Shown here: positions 60,284-64,000 of the stretch, piece by piece | Layout of the letters: every line of letters begins with the position of its first letter | Position numbering within the stretch: the first letter of the stretch is position 1 | Made by a program: the position numbers and the translations under genes | Notes under the pieces: generated by a model | Databases searched by the model: none | Seen by the model: the letters and a program-made list of their open reading frames with translations, nothing else | Told to the model about the DNA's origin: nothing | Assembly (NCBI GenBank): GCA_037447605.1 | Contig: CM074812.1 | Coordinates: 372,001 to 436,000 of the forward strand | Reading direction: 5' to 3' | Length of the DNA stretch: 64,000 bases | DNA from: Zygnema circumcarinatum SAG 698-1b | Taxonomy: Eukaryota > Plantae > Zygnematophyceae

Positions 60284-61052
60284 GTTCTCGCTCCATGTCT
60301 CCGTTTCTTCGCAGTTCGACACGACTGGAACTGAAACGATAGGCTACATGAATCCATATAGAAGGGCGTGTCAATATTTGAAATGTCAGGACGAAACAAA
60401 AGTTAAAATAAGTACATTGTCACATAAAAAGCAGTATTTAAATGCAACACGCAAGTACGGGTTCTAAAAGCGTATTGTGAAATGGTACAAGGATTGCATA
60501 TGACGTATAGATGACGTAGTACTGAATAGGCCGGTTGCACATTTGATGACGCCATCTCGCCAAACCGTCCAGTTTGCAGTTTGCAGTTTTTCCCTTAAGC
60601 AGCTTCAGTTATTCGTGCCGACGTGGCAACACAGGACTGGTCCAACTTTGAAAACCTGAGTTTACTGGAAAAATCTAAACCTAGGCGTTTTGGTTTATGA
60701 AAGGGCCTTTCTCCATTGGAGCATCAACCAATGGCGACTCGCCACGTGTGATATTTGCATACGTGGCGAGTTATAATTTGATGATGCGAGCGAGGGGGAG
60801 AGGGAGAGAGAGTGAGAGAACGAGAGGGGGAGAGAGAGAGGGGGGGAGCGTCTGGGAGGGGTAGCCAGAGGGGGCGAGGGAGAGGGGGGGGGAGAGTGAG
60901 CGAGGAGGGAGAGGGAGAGAGAGGGAGAGAGAGAGAGAGAGAGAGGGATAGAGAGAGAGAGCGACAGGAGAGAGAGACAGAACGAGAGAGGGAGGGGGGG
61001 CGAGAGAGAGGGGAGGCGAGAAAAAGGAGGGAGAGAGAGAGAGCGAGAGAAA

Positions 61053-63428
61053 ATGGCAGCTGGGCAACCTCTGCCGTTGAAGAGCCTCTTTACAGGAAGG
61101 CACGCCCACACACCTCACTCTGCTTACCCTAATTTTGCGCACCCCTTTTTGCCAGCTTGCCGCACTCCCTCCCACCTCCTCCCTCTGCACGCTTCCCCTC
61201 CTTCTAGACCCAGCCATGGAAGCCCTAAAACTAACGGAATCCGTGAATTGAAATCCTCTAAAGCTCCAAAGTTGAGGCTCGTACTTCCTCCCCCTGCTGC
61301 TTCTCACAGCCTCAAAAGCGCTTCGGAAGAGCCGGAGTACCCCAGGATTTTGGAAACTCAAAACAGCCGAAACATTCTAGAAACCGTAAAAATTAAAGCC
61401 CTGAATTACAAAACCCTAAAAAAATCTTCTGTTGCCCCTGAGATGGCTGAACCCCTGTTCTCCCCAGAGACAGTCTCAGCCATGGCGGCTGAATGCTCCC
61501 TCCAGGAGCTCACAGAAGTTGCGGCTGCGATTCGAGATAGCAGGAGGGACGGAGATGTAATTACTTTTTCGCCGAAAGTTTTTATTCCGCTGACCCGCCT
61601 TTGCCGAGATAGCTGCGGCTACTGCACATTTGCTGTGGGCCCACTGCCCGGAAAAAAAGCTTTTTTGACTCCGGAGGAGGTTTTAAATGTTGCGAGAGAA
61701 GGAGCGGCGGCAGGATGCACTGAAGCGCTGTTCACACTCGGGGATAAGCCGGAGCTGCGATGGGCGCAGGCGCGAGAGGAGGTGGGAGAGAGAGAGAGAG
61801 GGAGAGAGAGAGGGAGAGGGGGGGGAGAGGAGTGGGAGGGGGGTAGAGTAGTGCGAAGTGGTGGGGGGGGGAGAGAGAGAGGAGAGGGGAGACATGGAGA
61901 AGAGAGAGAGAGGGGGGAGGAAGAGGAGAAGGAGGGGGAGGAAAGGTGGAGAGAGAGAAAGAGCGTGCATCGTTCCTCATAAGAAGCATTCACAGCATAT
62001 TACGAGAGTGATGTCGCCTATGTTTCAGTTGCTTATGTCAAAGCATCCCTTTCAAGACCCAAATACCCACTCTCCTTTTGTGTTCAAGATTCAAACTTTC
62101 CAGCAGACATTCATACAATAAAATTGCCCCCTATAATGTAATCCCTCTACCCCAATCACTATTTCTCCCACCAAAAGCAGCAGCTTCACTCTAAAGAAAG
62201 ATACTCTCCTACTCTCATTATTTCCATTTCCGAAACCCTAATCTGTGATTATTTGCTTGAAAAACCTCAGCTTGCAGATTTAGGGTTTCCTTCCACCCTC
62301 GCCTATACCGCCCACGTGGCAGATCTAGTCCTCCGTGAAACTGGACTTTTGCCACATGTAAACGCAGGAGTGATGTCACGGGCGGACATTGCATCACTTC
62401 GCCACGTGTCAGTCAGCCAAGGGCTCATGCTGGAGTCGATTTCGGAGCGTCTTTTGGCGCCACGTGGCGCCCATCACGACTGCCCCGATAAGATTCCTGC
62501 CCTGCGATTGGCTACAATTGAAGCTGCAGGTGAATTGAATTTTCTATGCAATTTCACTTTAAAAAAAAAGAAAAAAAAATGGTGGTTTTTCATCACATCA
62601 AACAGTTTTTTTCTTTTCTAATTTTGTTTCTGTTATGACTTTTCAATGGTTGAATTCTTTTTTTTTGGGGGGGGGGGGGGTTGGTGTTCTCTTGTTTTTC
62701 TTAGCGTTCTGAGGGCATTTAGGGTTTTCCATGTTCTTGAATGTTTGAGATGTACCGATTTCGTCTTTGCGTGGAGTGCATTTATGTATTTTTACAGGTC
62801 AAGAACAAGTACCTTTCACTTCAGGTCTTTTGATCGGAATCGGCGAAACCCGTGAAGAGAGAGTTTTGGGTCTTTTGGCTTTAAGGGATTTGCACCAAAA
62901 ATATGGCCACATTCAAGAAATTATTGTTCAAAATTTTAGGGCAAAGGAGGGCACTCGCATGCACGCGGCCGCTGAGCCGCCGTTGGATGAGATCCTATGG
63001 ACGGTTGCGATTGCACGAATCATTTTTGGACCCAACATGAACATTCAAGCACCGCCGAATTTAACTCCTATGAGGTACATGATATGTGTGCGTGTGTGAG
63101 AGAGAGGGGGGAGAGAAAGAGAGAGAAAGAGAACGAGAGAGAGAGAGAGGGGGAGAGAGAGAGAGAGGGAGAGGGAGAGGGAGAGGGAGAGGGAGAGGGA
63201 GAGAGGGAGAGAGGGCGAGAGGGAGAGAGGGAGGGAGGGCGAGAGGGAGGGGTAATTCACGTATTTATTATTGTTTCCTGAATTTAGTGCGCTTCGTTTT
63301 GGGGCTGGGATCAACCGATGAGAAGTAAGATAGAAGAAGATGGCGGCGAATGGGAGGCGTTGATCAACGCTGGGATCAACGACTGGGGAGGGATCTCGCC
63401 GGTCACCAAAGATTGGGTTAACCCGGAG
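61053..63428 (+). CDS. fbiC: FO (7,8-didemethyl-8-hydroxy-5-deazariboflavin) synthase, CofG-type radical-SAM domain; continues beyond the window
   Basis: ITFSPKVFIPLTRLCRDSCGYCTF (CxxxCxxC), GCTEALFTLGDKPELR, TGLLPHVNAG, SQGLMLES, HHDCPDKIPALRL, VPFTSGLLIGIGET, GHIQEIIVQNFRAK, IQAPPNL, LINAGINDWGGISPVTKDWVNPE across four GT-AG exons; ~130-aa N-terminal extension. Confidence 0.92.
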
Positions 63429-64000
63429 GTACTGTACTACTGTACTAACATTCCGAGGATGGATCCACTTGCTGTGGATCCACTCATGCTTGTATCCGTC
63501 CAGATCCATTTTTTTAGATTCTGAAGCTTCTAACCAACTTGACAAACTCTAGAAACCCTACAAATTCAGAAACTCAATTGTTAGTTTTAGGTTTGTGGAT
63601 CCACCTCGGGGTCAATGAAACCCTGAAACCCTAAAGAAGTCGAAAGGTGGATCCATGCGCGAAGGGTTGAACCGTGATGGTGGATCCTCCCAATGCGGAA
63701 CCACTAGAGGTTGATTGCTTTAATAACGCATGAATGGTGAGGGGGGAGAAGGGAGAGAGAGGGTGAGCGAGCGAGGGAGGGAGAGAGAGAGTGAGAGTGA
63801 AAGGAGAGAGAGAGGGAGAGGGAGAGAGGGAGGGAGACAGAGGGTGAGCGAGCGAGGGAGGGAGAGAGAGGGTGAGCGAGCGAGGGAGGGAGAGAGAGGG
63901 TGAGCGAGCGAGGGAGGAAGAGAGAGAGAGAGAGAGACTGAGAGAGAGAGAGACTGAGAGAGAGAGAGAGAATGACAATAAGACGCATATGAATGCAAGA

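Noticed and set aside
63465-63680. Repeated GGATCCAC words and a small inverted repeat in the FO synthase intron
   Set aside because: Arms are short and there is no second copy or TSD in the window, so nothing can be concluded.

Overview
Eukaryotic nuclear DNA from a green plant lineage. It is most likely a non-flowering streptophyte such as a charophyte alga; this is inferred from plant-type starch, clade A PP2C and EDR2 genes occurring with an FO synthase. Gene order: last exon of an AGPase small subunit (+); conserved uncharacterised plant protein (-); two tRNA-Phe(GAA); TSEN54-like (-); EDR2-like PH/(START)/DUF1336 (+); a possible orphan gene (-); 5' half of PEX7 (-); AKAP17A-like (+); clade A PP2C (-); phosphoglucan water dikinase (+); p31comet/MAD2L1BP-like (-); and the CofG-type radical-SAM part of an FO (deazaflavin) synthase (+, runs off the window). 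Introns and intergenic DNA are dominated by GA/CT microsatellites and telomere-like repeats. Mobile DNA includes two copies of a ~0.9-kb foldback element with 8-bp TSDs, a nested transposon stack holding a 1066-bp solo LTR, and a short dispersed repeat with a stem-loop. Most long ORFs in the supplied track are microsatellite artefacts. Gene models were spliced by eye and family assignments come from recalled motifs, not database searches. Several N gaps limit interpretation.
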